Of a DNA stretch of 64,000 nucleotides, positions 38,198-49,100 are shown piece by piece. The first letter of the stretch is position 1. Every line of letters starts with the position of its first letter. Under the pieces are notes generated by a model that did not search any database, was not told the DNA's origin, and saw only the letters and a list, made by a program, of their open reading frames with translations. This DNA is from Deltaproteobacteria bacterium. Its GTDB lineage: Bacteria > JAGRBM01 > JAHCIT01. The translations under genes were made by a program, and so were the position numbers. The stretch is from positions 1 through 64,000 of the forward strand of contig JAHCIT010000002.1 in assembly GCA_026129095.1 (NCBI GenBank). The letters run 5' to 3'.

Positions 38198-38923
38198 ATG
38201 TGTGCGGCCGGCTGGAAAACCGTCCTTGAAAAGTTTCACCGGGAACTGGTGCCGGCCGGGATTGATCTGGCCGCACCCTTCGGCGTCCAGGACTACAACA
38301 GCAGCGTGGGTGCGTCGTGGCGGCTTCCTGACTTCGGGCGGGAGCGGACGCTGGCGATCGTGGTGGCAGCGTCGCGGGCGTTCTGGCGGCCGTTTCTGGA
38401 TGCCTGCAGGAAAGACCCTGGAATCCTCTCGAATCCTCATCCCGTGGATGACTGGTCCGAACTGAACATCCGCCGGGCGGCAGCCGCTTCCGGACTGCCC
38501 TTTGAACCGAGATGGCCGCACCTGAGAGGGCCCGAAACAGTCGCCATCCAGCGGGCGGCCGTCCTCGCCGGCCTTGCACATTTGTCCCCCAGTCACCTGT
38601 GCATCCATCCGGTGCATGGACCCTGGATCGCGCTCCGGGGGGTGGTGGTGTTTGACATGGAGGGGCCGGCAAACCCCCTTCCGCCCGCACCCGATCCCTG
38701 CACGGCCTGTCCGGCCCCGTGTCTGGACGCCCTCAAGACGGCCCAGGCAGGGCTTGGCAATCATGTCCCCGGTACCGACAGCCCGCTCCCCAACTGGCCC
38801 GACTGGGTCGAAATCCGCAGCGTTTGTCCGGCCGGAACAGCAAGCCGTTACGAACCTGACCAGATCCGGTACCATTACGCCAAGGACCGGACCGTTCTCG
38901 TAAAGGCCAGCGGCGGCCGGTAG
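38198..38923 (+). CDS. MMACHC (CblC)-like protein
   Basis: HPVDDW, QRAAVLAGLA and LCIHPVHGPWIALRGVVVF resemble conserved MMACHC motifs (recalled, not searched). Confidence 0.55.
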   Translation: MCAAGWKTVLEKFHRELVPAGIDLAAPFGVQDYNSSVGASWRLPDFGRERTLAIVVAASRAFWRPFLDACRKDPGILSNPHPVDDWSELNIRRAAAASGLPFEPRWPHLRGPETVAIQRAAVLAGLAHLSPSHLCIHPVHGPWIALRGVVVFDMEGPANPLPPAPDPCTACPAPCLDALKTAQAGLGNHVPGTDSPLPNWPDWVEIRSVCPAGTASRYEPDQIRYHYAKDRTVLVKASGGR

Positions 38924-38941
38924 GGGGTGCCCAATTCCCCC

Positions 38942-38970
38942 TTGAACTTGGGCCCCGGCCTGCCTACATA
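38942..38970 (+). promoter_or_regulatory. Putative sigma-70 promoter of tRNA-His
   Basis: TTGAAC-N17-TACATA about 38 nt upstream of the tRNA. Confidence 0.45.
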
Positions 38971-39007
38971 GGAAGCCCTTGGCGCGTCTCCCGCGCCAGA
39001 AACCCGT

Positions 39008-39085
39008 GGTGGGTGTAGCTCAATTGGTTAGAGCGTCAGATTGTGACTCTGAAGGCTGCCGGTTCGAGACCGGTCACTCACCCCA
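39008..39085 (+). tRNA. tRNA-His (GUG)
   Basis: G-1 plus acceptor stem GTGGGTG/CACTCAC, D-arm AGCTCAATTGGTTAGAGC, anticodon arm TCAGA-TTGTGAC-TCTGA, T-loop GGTTCGAG, discriminator C and encoded CCA. Confidence 0.97.
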
Positions 39086-39248
39086 ATCCTGAACTCCGGT
39101 TCATCCACGTTCTCATTCCTGCCGACGGACAAACCTGACCATTCCGGTCACCCTGTTACGATCCGGTACTGAAACAGGCCAAATGCCAGAAACTTGACAG
39201 CCACTGCCGGTCTCCAAAACCCCATTTCGGGCAGAAACCGGACAGATA

Positions 39249-39635
39249 ATGCGTGTTATTCACGATTTTCAGGCCATGGCACAGAGCTTGAACAGATATC
39301 TGACAGTGCTGCAAGACCTGACAGATGGAAGGTCCAAGGCAGCCGGCAGGAGAAAGACCATTCATATGACCGGACACGCGACCAGCCAGGTTCCTTCCCA
39401 TGCACTGACCGGAGACCTCAAGCACCTGCCGCTGACCAACCTGTTCAGGATAGTCCGCGACAGCATCGCCACCTGCTGCATCACCTTCTGGAGGGCCGGT
39501 GAAACCATCGTCGCCTGCTTCCAGAACGGACTGCTCAGCCAGTGCCGCTACCGGGACATGAATGACACCGACGCCCTCAGTGAACTGTGCACCTGGGACA
39601 ATGCGAACTTCCTGCTGGAGTTCCGGACCTGCTAG
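39249..39635 (+). CDS. DUF4388/PATAN-like domain protein
   Basis: LTGDLKHLPLTNLFRIV ... ACFQNGLL ... DALSELCTWDNANF pattern. Start uncertain. Confidence 0.55.
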   Translation: MRVIHDFQAMAQSLNRYLTVLQDLTDGRSKAAGRRKTIHMTGHATSQVPSHALTGDLKHLPLTNLFRIVRDSIATCCITFWRAGETIVACFQNGLLSQCRYRDMNDTDALSELCTWDNANFLLEFRTC

Positions 39636-39696
39636 CCGAGCCCCCCTCGCGGCCGGAATCGCCCGCGGTCAGCAGCCTGGACAGAAACAGGCGGAC

Positions 39697-40119
39697 CTAC
39701 TCCCGCAAACCGAACTTCTTCAGCTTCGTGGAAAGCGTGCTCTGCGGAATGCCGAGCGCCTTGGCGGCGTCGCCCTTGCGGCGGTGCATTTCCAAGGCCC
39801 GCTCGATCAGGTATTTCTCAAGCCGGTCGAGCTGCTCCGGAAGCGAAAGACTGTCGTCAACGCCAACCGGCTGCGTCTTGAGGCCGCGCAGCAGTTTTTC
39901 AGCGGCAGCGACCTCCGCCACCATGTGAGGACCGATCAGCCCGTTCTCCTTCAGCACTGTCTCGATAAACCCGCTCGCCACCGTTGAATCGGCCATGCAG
40001 TTTGGAGCGATACGGGCGAGTGCCCGGAAAATGCGTTCCACGTCGGCCGCGTCAGCCGCAGGAACCTTGCCCTTCAGCACCGTCCGCAGACTGGCCTTGA
40101 GCTGTGCATCTGTCACCAT
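39697..40119 (-). CDS. Small protein with C-terminal Fis-type HTH
   Basis: LEKYLIERALEMHRRKGDAAKALGIPQSTLSTKLKKFGL. Confidence 0.75.
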   Translation of the reverse strand: MVTDAQLKASLRTVLKGKVPAADAADVERIFRALARIAPNCMADSTVASGFIETVLKENGLIGPHMVAEVAAAEKLLRGLKTQPVGVDDSLSLPEQLDRLEKYLIERALEMHRRKGDAAKALGIPQSTLSTKLKKFGLRE

Positions 40120-40634
40120 ACCAGGCGTCTGAACTCCTGCTTCCGGAAACGCTCCAGTTCGAAACCAAAGCCTGCTTCCGCTGCCAAACCTGCAATTTCG
40201 TGGCCGTCTGAAAACGTAAAACCAGCGGCCCTAATTCACCATAATCCTTCGCAACTGAAAGTCTACATCAATATATGAACTCGCGGTTTTGACTGTTTTT
40301 AATTTCAGTTTTCACATTTGATATTCCAGCAACTGAAAGCAGAAAACCACGACGCAAATCCGGTTTACTTCGCATGGCCCAGGTTGCCCATTCATGCGAA
40401 CACAGCGGACCACAGAGGGTTCGCCCGCACACAGGCTGTTCTGCTGGTCACGAAAGCCCATCTCCGGCGCGAAAACCGTTCCGCAACAGTACGGCAACAT
40501 CGTCTTTCGCCGTGTATTTTCAGATGACATACCGGTGAGTCACCTCACTTGTCCGCCGGTACGGCATTCGGATAAATACAGAGCGTTAGACTGTTTTCCG
40601 TCTTTTATTTCGTGATTTTCCAGCGGAGAAAAAA

Positions 40635-41414
40635 GTGAAAAAAGTCACCAGTAGGGTGCTGGTTATCTCCGCCCATGATCCTTCCGGCGGAGCCGGCATG
40701 GCCGCCGACCTGAGGGCGCTGTACCATGCCGGAGTCCAGGGTGAAGGCTGCCTGACAGCGCTCACCGTGCAGTCAGCGGTCCGGCTTCGCAGCACCACGC
40801 CCATCACACCGAGCCGCCTGCGGGAGCAGGTCACGGCCCTTATGGACGATGGAGGCGCCCCGGCCGCCATCAAGACTGGCGCACTCGCGGGCAGCGGACA
40901 GGTGCTCCTGCTGGCGCGGCTGCTCAAAACCCGGCTCGCCGGCGTGCCGGTGGTCTGCGATCCCGTGCGGGGGCCCACGCGGGGGCCTGCGTTTGTGGGC
41001 AGGCGGGATGCCGCCCCGTTCCGCCGTGCCCTGATCGAAAGACTGCTGCCGCTGGTCACGGTACTGACGCCGAACCGGAACGAATATGCCTGGCTGTTCG
41101 GAACCAAATCCCCTGAAGCGGTATCGGCCGCCTCACCGGCGGCCATCCTTGTCAAGGGCGGACACGGTTCCGGCACCCGCGTCACCGACCGGCTCTACTT
41201 GAAGGGGAAACTGGTACTGGAGCACTCCCGCAGGCGTGTGCCCCAAAGGATCCGGGGAACCGGCTGCGTGCTGGCCTCGCTGATCGCGGCGCGGCTGGCG
41301 GCAGGTGATGCGATTCCGAAAGCTGTGCAGAATGCCGAGCGGATGATGGACGGCGCGATCAGGAGCGCACGGCCCGCCCCCGGTGGACAGGTTTCGATGC
41401 TGCTGCTCCCCTGA
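40635..41414 (+). CDS. thiD: Hydroxymethylpyrimidine/phosphomethylpyrimidine kinase
   Basis: DPSGGAGMAADL, IKTGAL, VCDPV, LTPNRNE, VKGGH, RGTGCVLAS. Confidence 0.85.
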   Translation: MKKVTSRVLVISAHDPSGGAGMAADLRALYHAGVQGEGCLTALTVQSAVRLRSTTPITPSRLREQVTALMDDGGAPAAIKTGALAGSGQVLLLARLLKTRLAGVPVVCDPVRGPTRGPAFVGRRDAAPFRRALIERLLPLVTVLTPNRNEYAWLFGTKSPEAVSAASPAAILVKGGHGSGTRVTDRLYLKGKLVLEHSRRRVPQRIRGTGCVLASLIAARLAAGDAIPKAVQNAERMMDGAIRSARPAPGGQVSMLLLP

Positions 41415-41422
41415 AAACCGGG

Positions 41423-42295
41423 CTAGCGTCTTTTCAGGCGGGCAATCACCGTGTCGAGCATGTCGAGGCTGGTGTAGTGGATCACCAGCGTGCCGCGTCC
41501 GCCCTTGCGGGCCTTGACCTCGACCCGTGCGCCGAGCGACCGGCCCAGTTCTTCCTGGAGCTGGCGGACGTTGGGATCGGCGCGGACGGCCTTGCGGCCG
41601 GCTTTCGCCACGGGGGCCGACTTCATCCGACGGACCAGTTCCTCGGTTTCCCGGACCGACAGCCCCTTGCCGGTCACGGTGGCCGCCGCCGCGATCACCT
41701 GGTCGGCATGTTCGAGCCCAAGGAGCACCTTGGCGTGACCGGCCGACAGATCCCCGCTGTCCACGGCAGCCAGCACCTTCTCCGGCAGCCTGAGCAGCCT
41801 GAGCGCATTGGTCACCGTCGCCCGGTCAAGCCCCGTGCGGCTGGCGATCTGTTCATGGGTATAGCGGAACTCGTCAATGAGCCGCTGGTAGCCCCGCGCC
41901 TCCTCCACGGGATTCAGATCCTCCCGCATGAGGTTTTCCAGCAGGGCGATTTCGAGCGATTCGCGGTCGTTCAGTTCCTTCACGACGGCGGGAATCCTGT
42001 CCAGCCCCGCCATCCGCGAGGCCCGCGTGCGCCGTTCCCCGGCGACCAGCTCGTACCGGCCGCCAGCGAGCGGACGCACCAGCACCGGCTCCAGGACCCC
42101 CTTCAGGCGGATCGAGCTGGCAAGGGACTTCAGGGCGTCCTCGGGGAAGTGGACCCGCATCTGGCGCGGGTTGGGATCGATCAGGGAGAGCATTACCTCC
42201 TGGACGCCGGGGGCATCCGAACCGCCCTCGCCCCGGCCCGCTCCCGGTATGAGGGAACCCAGTCCCCGCCCCAGAGGCTTGCGGGCAGGCTTCAT
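41423..42295 (-). CDS. parB: ParB/Spo0J chromosome partitioning protein
   Basis: LGRGLGSLI, PNPRQ, AGERRTRA, ENLMREDLNPVEEA, HTH. Start at MKPARK overlaps the parA stop. Confidence 0.95.
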   Translation of the reverse strand: MKPARKPLGRGLGSLIPGAGRGEGGSDAPGVQEVMLSLIDPNPRQMRVHFPEDALKSLASSIRLKGVLEPVLVRPLAGGRYELVAGERRTRASRMAGLDRIPAVVKELNDRESLEIALLENLMREDLNPVEEARGYQRLIDEFRYTHEQIASRTGLDRATVTNALRLLRLPEKVLAAVDSGDLSAGHAKVLLGLEHADQVIAAAATVTGKGLSVRETEELVRRMKSAPVAKAGRKAVRADPNVRQLQEELGRSLGARVEVKARKGGRGTLVIHYTSLDMLDTVIARLKRR

Positions 42296-43095
42296 GGCCG
42301 CCCCCCCGCCCCGGCCTTGCGGTGTCCGCCGGAAAGGCCCCGGCGGTCCAGGAACTCGCTTGCCAGGCCCATGTAGGCCTCGGCCCCGCGGCAGGTGATG
42401 TCGTAGGCGATGATCGGCTTGCCGTGGCTGGGCGCCTCGGAAAGCCGCACGTTCCGGGGGATCACGGTCCGGTAGACGGCCTGCGGGAAGTGCTGCCGGA
42501 CCTCGCTTTCGATCTCGGAAGAAAGCCGGTTCCGGGTGTCGTACATGGTAAGGACGATCCCCTCCAGGTTCAGGGTCTTGTTGACCGACTTGCGGACCAG
42601 CTTCTGCGTCTCCAGCAGGTGCCCCAGCCCTTCGAGGGCGAAATACTCGCACTGGAGGGGTACCAGCAGGGAATCGGCCGCCGCCATGGCGTTGATCGTC
42701 AGCAGTTCCAGTGACGGAGGGCAGTCGAGAAAGACGAACTCGAACTCGTCCCGGACCCCGGCCAGCGCATCCTTCAGTTTCAGTTCCCGGGCGATCTCGC
42801 TCACCAGTTCCACGTTTGCCCCCGCCAGCGACTTGGTGGCGGGAATGACCGACAGGTTGGGCACTTCCGAGGCCGCCAGCGCCTCCTTCCAGGGGCATTC
42901 GCCCAGGATCACGGCATAGGAGTCCCGGCCCTCATCCCCCGTGATACCGAGACCGCTCGTGGCGTTTCCCTGGGGGTCCAGGTCCACAACGAGGGAGTGG
43001 TGCTCGGCAGCGGCAAGGCAGGCGGCCAGATTCATGGCGGTGGTGGTCTTGCCCACCCCGCCCTTCTGGTTCACAACGGCGATGATCTCACCCAT
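42292..43095 (-). CDS. parA: ParA/Soj ATPase
   Basis: NQKGGVGKTTT, DLDPQGNAT, DCPPSL, QCEYFALEGL, IPRNVRLSEAPSHG. Confidence 0.96.
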   Translation of the reverse strand: MGEIIAVVNQKGGVGKTTTAMNLAACLAAAEHHSLVVDLDPQGNATSGLGITGDEGRDSYAVILGECPWKEALAASEVPNLSVIPATKSLAGANVELVSEIARELKLKDALAGVRDEFEFVFLDCPPSLELLTINAMAAADSLLVPLQCEYFALEGLGHLLETQKLVRKSVNKTLNLEGIVLTMYDTRNRLSSEIESEVRQHFPQAVYRTVIPRNVRLSEAPSHGKPIIAYDITCRGAEAYMGLASEFLDRRGLSGGHRKAGAGGRP

Positions 43096-43193
43096 CGGGG
43101 CGAACCTAGCACGTCCATGCCCCGGTCAACAGGCGCGGGGCGGCTGGCCAGGCCAGCCGCCTCGCGGCTTTCAGGACTGGTTCGCGGATCCGG

Positions 43194-46100
43194 TCAGGGC
43201 GGACAGCCCGTGGCCGGGCAGCCGACCGACCGCCGGTAGTTGACGGCAGGCACGCTGGGCGCCGATATCCTCACTTCCGTGCTGACGCCATCGAAGCTCG
43301 GCCAGTAGAGATCGGCGGTAGCCGTGCCGTCCTTGGGTGCGCTGGCCCCGACATTGGCCCGGACCGTCGCAAAACCGCCCGGCCGCGACAGGCCGCCGGC
43401 GCACTGGGGCGGGGCTCCGCCCGGATTCCGCAGGGCTTCCTGGCTGCACAGGAGGCGGCCCTTGGCGACCGTCGTGTTGTGGGCCGGATAGAGCAGTTCG
43501 GCGTTGAAGGTATCGCCCGACAGGGCCTTCACCCTCGCGCCGGAAATCTCGATCCGGTCCACATGGAAGGCGTGCAGGCCGCTGCCATTGGTCGGGTTGT
43601 TGGGGCTGTAGCAGGCTGCCGGAGAAGTCGGGTGCGTACCACCCGGAGGGTTGCCGCTGCATGCGCCGGTCGCGCCCATGGTGTGGTAGTAGCTGTAGTT
43701 CGACACCATATGCGAGGGGAGCACCGTCTCGCCGTTGTAGAACACGTCCTTGAAGTAGATCGGCATGGAGCTCGGGTTCGGGTTGCCGGCAACGCCGGCG
43801 GCGATCGCCATCTTCTCGTTGACCGAGTTCGTTTCCACATAACGCGTGTAGTATTCGCGCCAGTTCTGCCCGCTGGCGTTGCCCGACTGCTCCACCATGG
43901 CGAGGAACAGGCCGGTCCGCGACCACACGCGATGGCGGCCGGCCAGATGATCGGTGTTCGCGGTCGCACACGGGATCGCTGCTCCCCCCGTGGGACGCAC
44001 CTCCTGGTACTGGTTCGCAAGGTCAGTGTTCACCTGGCTGGTGCACCGGACGATCCGGGTATGGACACGGTTGTAGCCGCCCATCCACAGCGCCCGCCGG
44101 GGGAGTCCGATGACGCGCAGGGCGAAGGTTCCCATGCCGCCCTGCCCGTATTCGGTCGTCAGCAGGTCCGTCGTCCGGATGTTGGCGGGGATGTCGCTCG
44201 TGTCGATGTTGATCGGGATGGGCGGATCTTCCGGACTGCCGCCATCCTGGTTCGCAATCCCCTTGTAGTGCGGTTCAAGCCACAACGAGGAGGTGTAGGC
44301 GCTGATGAACGGCACCAGGACCGTATGGGTGACGTGCTGCTGGTTGCCGTTGCCGGGGTTGGTGGTCGGGAACCAGCCTCCTTCACCGGGGAACCAGTTG
44401 GTGGCACTGTAGTTGAACGGCATGGCGGCGAAATCAATGCCCATCCGGCCCGACTTCACCTCGTCCGCGCCGGCGATCCGCTTCGGAATCATCAACTCGT
44501 GGTTCAGGAAGCCCGGAACCAGGTTGTAGTCCGCCGTCAGCACGATCGTCACGAAGATGCCGATGATCGTGTATTCGTATTGGAGCCGGCGGCCGACGTT
44601 GGCGTTGTTCGGGCTGAAGATGCCGGAGGAGTTGTCGGCGTAGTTGAGCCGGACGGCGCCCACCTGCGTGGAGAAGCCGGCCTCGTCCACGACCCGGTCT
44701 GCCGGCCCAGGCGAGATCCCCCACCAGCCGGAGGCATCCTCGGCGGCGGGAATCGCGCCGCCGCCGTCAGGCGCTGCCGCCGGGTTGTAGTTGTTGCGCA
44801 GGCAGTTCCGGTACCGCTCGTTTACGGAAGTCGGGGATGTGCCACTGCAGCCGCTCATGCAGCGGGACTGGGTGAACAGCATGACGTGATGCCACACGCC
44901 GTCGGCGCCGCGCTCGAAGTTGCCCGACGAACAGCTGAGGCGCCACGCGTTGTTCTGTGTCGTGGCATTGAAGCTGCCGCGGTTATTCACGAAGTGGGCG
45001 TATTCATACTGGCAGGCGTTATCGACGGCCGTGCTGCCGACCACGCAGAACTTGTCGTCGTTCGCCGTGTTCGGGTTCGCCCAGACAAACCGCAGGCCCC
45101 GGATATCCACCGCGTTGCCGGCGCAGTTGACGAGACCGGGGACCGCGTTGAGGTCCGCCACGCTCGTCATGTCGCACTGCTCGGACAGCCACTTGATATC
45201 ATCCAGCTCGATCCATTCGCGCAGGGTTCCCGGCGCGGCCGAATCGGGCTTGGGCGTCACGGCGGCGACACGGGCGGTGAAGTCCCCGTTGGCCGCCACC
45301 TGCGCCGGAGCGGCGCCGGGGTCGAACCCGAGGATGCGGATCCGGTCGCCCGGCATGTAGCCCGCCAGCTCGTGCAGCACCACGACGTTGTCGCCGTCGT
45401 TATTCTCGTTGTTTTCCTCTGTGCCGCAACTGGCAGCGGCACACACGCCGGTGCCGCCGCACAGGCAGACCTCGGGCAGCGTGTCGTTCTCGCTCGCCAT
45501 CAGGCTGGTGTCATAGTGGACGGTGGGCCGCCGCACGATGCCCGCATTCAGCCGGAGGCCCATGTAGGCGCCCGCCACCTGCGGATAGCCACGGACGCGG
45601 ATCGCGTTCTTGGGCTGGGTCACCTGGAACGTGACCGGGATCGGCTGGGTCCACGGCCGCCGGGTGGCTTCCGTGCCGGGAACGGTGGGGTTGCCGCCCG
45701 TGCCGGCTCCGCTGCTGGCGCTGACCGGCGAGAGAACCACCTCGAACGCGTTGCATCCGCTCAGGACGGGCCACACGCCCGCGCCCGTGCCGGCACCCGC
45801 GCCGTGCAGGTCTGGCTTCTTCAGGCTGGCACGGATCAGTGAGGAAGCATCCGGATCGTTGTTGAGCAGGTTCACGATATTCGCGCCCGATACCCCGTTG
45901 GTCAGCGTTGCCGGTATCAGTACGAGCTTGTTCAGCACGGTGATCCCGCTGACCGGCGTCGTGCAGTCGCTCCGGAAGTTGGAGACCCGGACCGAGATAC
46001 CGGTGCCGGCCTCGCCCGCGTTGCGGGCGGTGAAGAGCACGGCGTTGTCCGCATTGCTCGGATCGATTGTGCCCTGGTTGATGGTGGGCCGGTCGTACTG

Positions 46101-49100
46101 GGTGAAAACCCTGACCTGGAGACGCTGCGGACCGGAGCCCACCATCACCTGGGTCAGGTTCGTGCCGAAGACCGTGCCGGCGTTTGTGACGGTGACCGGA
46201 CCGTAGGACTGCGCCGACCCCGGGCTGGCGGCAAGTAGCTGCGCGTTGCTGCTGCCGGGCGCCGCCTGTGCATAGAGCAGATCCTGCGCTGCGGCGGAGG
46301 CATTCAGCATGGCGATCACGAAGTCGCGGTTGCGGTTCCAGAGGACGTTCACGGTCACGAGCGAACTGGCCACCAGGACCGACTCCGTGCCGCCGTTCGG
46401 CAGCGCATTGACGACCACGGTCACGCCCGCGCCCGCAATACCCGGCCGGCGGGAAGTAAACAGGACATCGTTCACGAGCGTGCCGGTCGTGCCCAGGTTG
46501 GGCAGGTCAATGACGTTGAAGGCGTAGTCGTTGGCGAACTCCATCTTGGCCGGCGCCGGTGGCGGCAGCGCATTGACGGACCAGTCGAACGGAGCGATGA
46601 GCTGGGCGTAGTTCTCCACCTGCGGACTCACGCAGGAACCCGTCGTGCACGATCCGCCGGCGGTATCAACGCTGACGCGCACCTCGTGCAACCCGGCCGC
46701 CGGGCTCATCGTGTAGACGCGCCGGTAGCGGCCAGCCGACAGCACGTTCGGCTTGAGCGCGATCTGCGGATTGCCGCCAACGGTGACATCCTGGCCGAAG
46801 CTGCTGCCGCCGGGGCAGCGGACACCATAGGTTCCGCCGGGGCAGAAACGGGCCGCACCGACGGCACTGTTGGTGGCTGCGGTCAGGTTCGGGACGCCCT
46901 GGTAATACAGCTGAACGCCGCCGAACACGGCCGTCGTGTCGGCGGTGCAGGAGCGGTTGGCGTTGGCTCCGGCCGTGCTGCCCAGCGGACAGTTGACCTG
47001 GTTGTTCCAGTCCGGCATCGGAATGTACACGCCGTTGCGGAAGTCGGAAGCGGGGATGGCGGACGTCATGACCAGCTGCGGATCGTTCGCCGCGCTGGAG
47101 ATGACCCGGAGCCGGGTTCCCAGAGCGCTGGGCGCACCCTTGACGGTCGTCGTGAAGACGGTCTGGAGCGCCGTCGAGAGTCCTCCCGGGGTGGTCAGCA
47201 GGGTGTCGTATTCGGCCGCGGTGTAGATCAGGCCCCGCATGCCGTCCATCAGGCCGGTGGAGGAGGCCATGACGAGGCCCTGCGTCGCGTGCGGGCAGTA
47301 GGCGGGTCTTGCCGCCGTGTAGTTGTTGCACGAACTGGGCGAGATCCGCATGACACGCCCCGAATCCCATATCTGCTTCTTGGCCGTGTTGCCGCTGCCG
47401 ATCTGGATGTTCCGGATGTAGGAGTGGACGTCGGTGGTCGGCGAATGGCCGGCGCCCGTGCCGCGCCAGGCGGACAGGAAGACGCGGCTGCCGCGGGCGA
47501 TCGGCTCCGTGCTGCCCGTGTCGAACGCCCCGATCTCGATGCCGTCGGGAACCGGAATCCGCCGGTAGTAGAAGTTGCTGATGGGGTCGGGCTCGATATT
47601 GGTGCCGCCCCAGTCCTTGACCGGGCGCGAGGTATGGTAGTGGATCCGCGGCGCGGCCGGCACGCCGTACTGGTCCAGCGTGCGGTGATCGATGACCGGC
47701 GACGTGCAGGTGAGCGTTCCGCCCGCCGTGCAGGAGAAACTCCGCATGGTGAATCCATACGCCGGGTCTGGCGCCGGGGGCATGCCGAAGATCGCGCCCG
47801 TGCGCAGGGTCTTGGAACCGTCGTCCGGACGGACCGACTTCATGTCAACGATGACCGACGGGGCGGCCGGGACTCCGTTAGCCACCGCCGCGTTGCCCTC
47901 CACCATCGGATAGAAGATTTCATATTCCAGGTAGTCGCCCGGAGCCCACACATAGGGCCCGATGCTGTTGTTCTCGCCCGTACCGAGCACCGTCTGCGAT
48001 ATGTCGCCGCCAGCCGACCAGCCGGAGAACTGGAACTTGAGCAGCCGCGGCATCAGGATGTTGTAGTACGCGTCGATCGTCTGCGCCGTCGGCGTGGCCG
48101 GAGCGGCCGGGTTCCGGTATTCGGTGAAGACGTTTCCGAACTGGTCCAGCATCGCCATGTCCAGGAACAATGCATCATCCTGGGACGGCTCGCCGATCGT
48201 GATGTTGTTGACCACGGCGGGGTCGTCGATGGCCGGCTGGCGGTAGACCGGCCGGTCTTGACCCGTGGAGGTCACGTTGCGCCAGCGCCAGGGCCGCGGC
48301 GCATAGCCCGTCCGCATGGTGAAGGTGAACGGACCGGAATCGCCGCCGCGGTTCATGTAGTCGTTGACCACCGGGTTCGACTGGAGCGGACAGATGGCGT
48401 TGATCGTGAACTGGTGCCCGGGGGCCGAGTTGCTCGGCAGCCCGGGTGTCACGGTGATCGTGTTGGTCGCCGGCGTGTAGGCGCTGATGGTGCGCGTCTG
48501 GCCCGTATTCGGCCCGGTGTTGAACGTGAGCGTCCGGTTCACCAGATCAGCCGACGTGTAGTAGGTCTCGTTCAGCTTCTGGGCGGTGAATACGGTCATG
48601 GGCGTCCCGCCGACCGTGAACACGCTGAAATCGGTCAGACCGCACCGGACCTGCACGTCGAGTTCCGCGTCGAACGGCATTTCGCTCGGCCGGATCGGCA
48701 CGATCACACGGCCGTTGACGTTGTTGGCCATGATCTCGGCGCGGTTCTCCGACCGGGCGATCACCCGGCCCATGGCGCCAGCGATGGAAATATCGTTGCC
48801 GACCACGCACCCGCTCGCCGGACAGATATCCACGCCCTTGCGGATGTAGTTGGCGGCGGAAACCGCGGGGAAGGCCGCCGAGATGGTATTGGCCTCGTTG
48901 AGCCCGCTCCAGACCGCCACTGTCGGGTGGCAGGCCGTCGGGTTGGCAAGCGCGGTTGGGTTATTGGCCGTTCCGTCGCACAGTTCGATGCCGTTCGCCA
49001 GCGTGCTGCTGCCGTCGTAGATATTCACCTTGACATCGTTGCCGTTCACGATCCGGACGAACGAGACATATGCCTCGGCCCGTCCCCTGACCGGATGGGT

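Noticed and set aside
41423-42898. 491-aa extended ParB from the ORF track
   Set aside because: The extension overlaps parA in another frame; the conserved ParB N-terminus begins at 42295.
39086-43194. Prophage or integrative element at tRNA-His, including treating parAB as plasmid-derived
   Set aside because: No integrase, phage genes or duplicated tRNA 3' end seen; parAB has chromosomal Soj/Spo0J-type motifs.
40120-43194. parS sites near parAB
   Set aside because: No match to TGTTTCACGTGAAACA found by eye; degenerate sites cannot be excluded.
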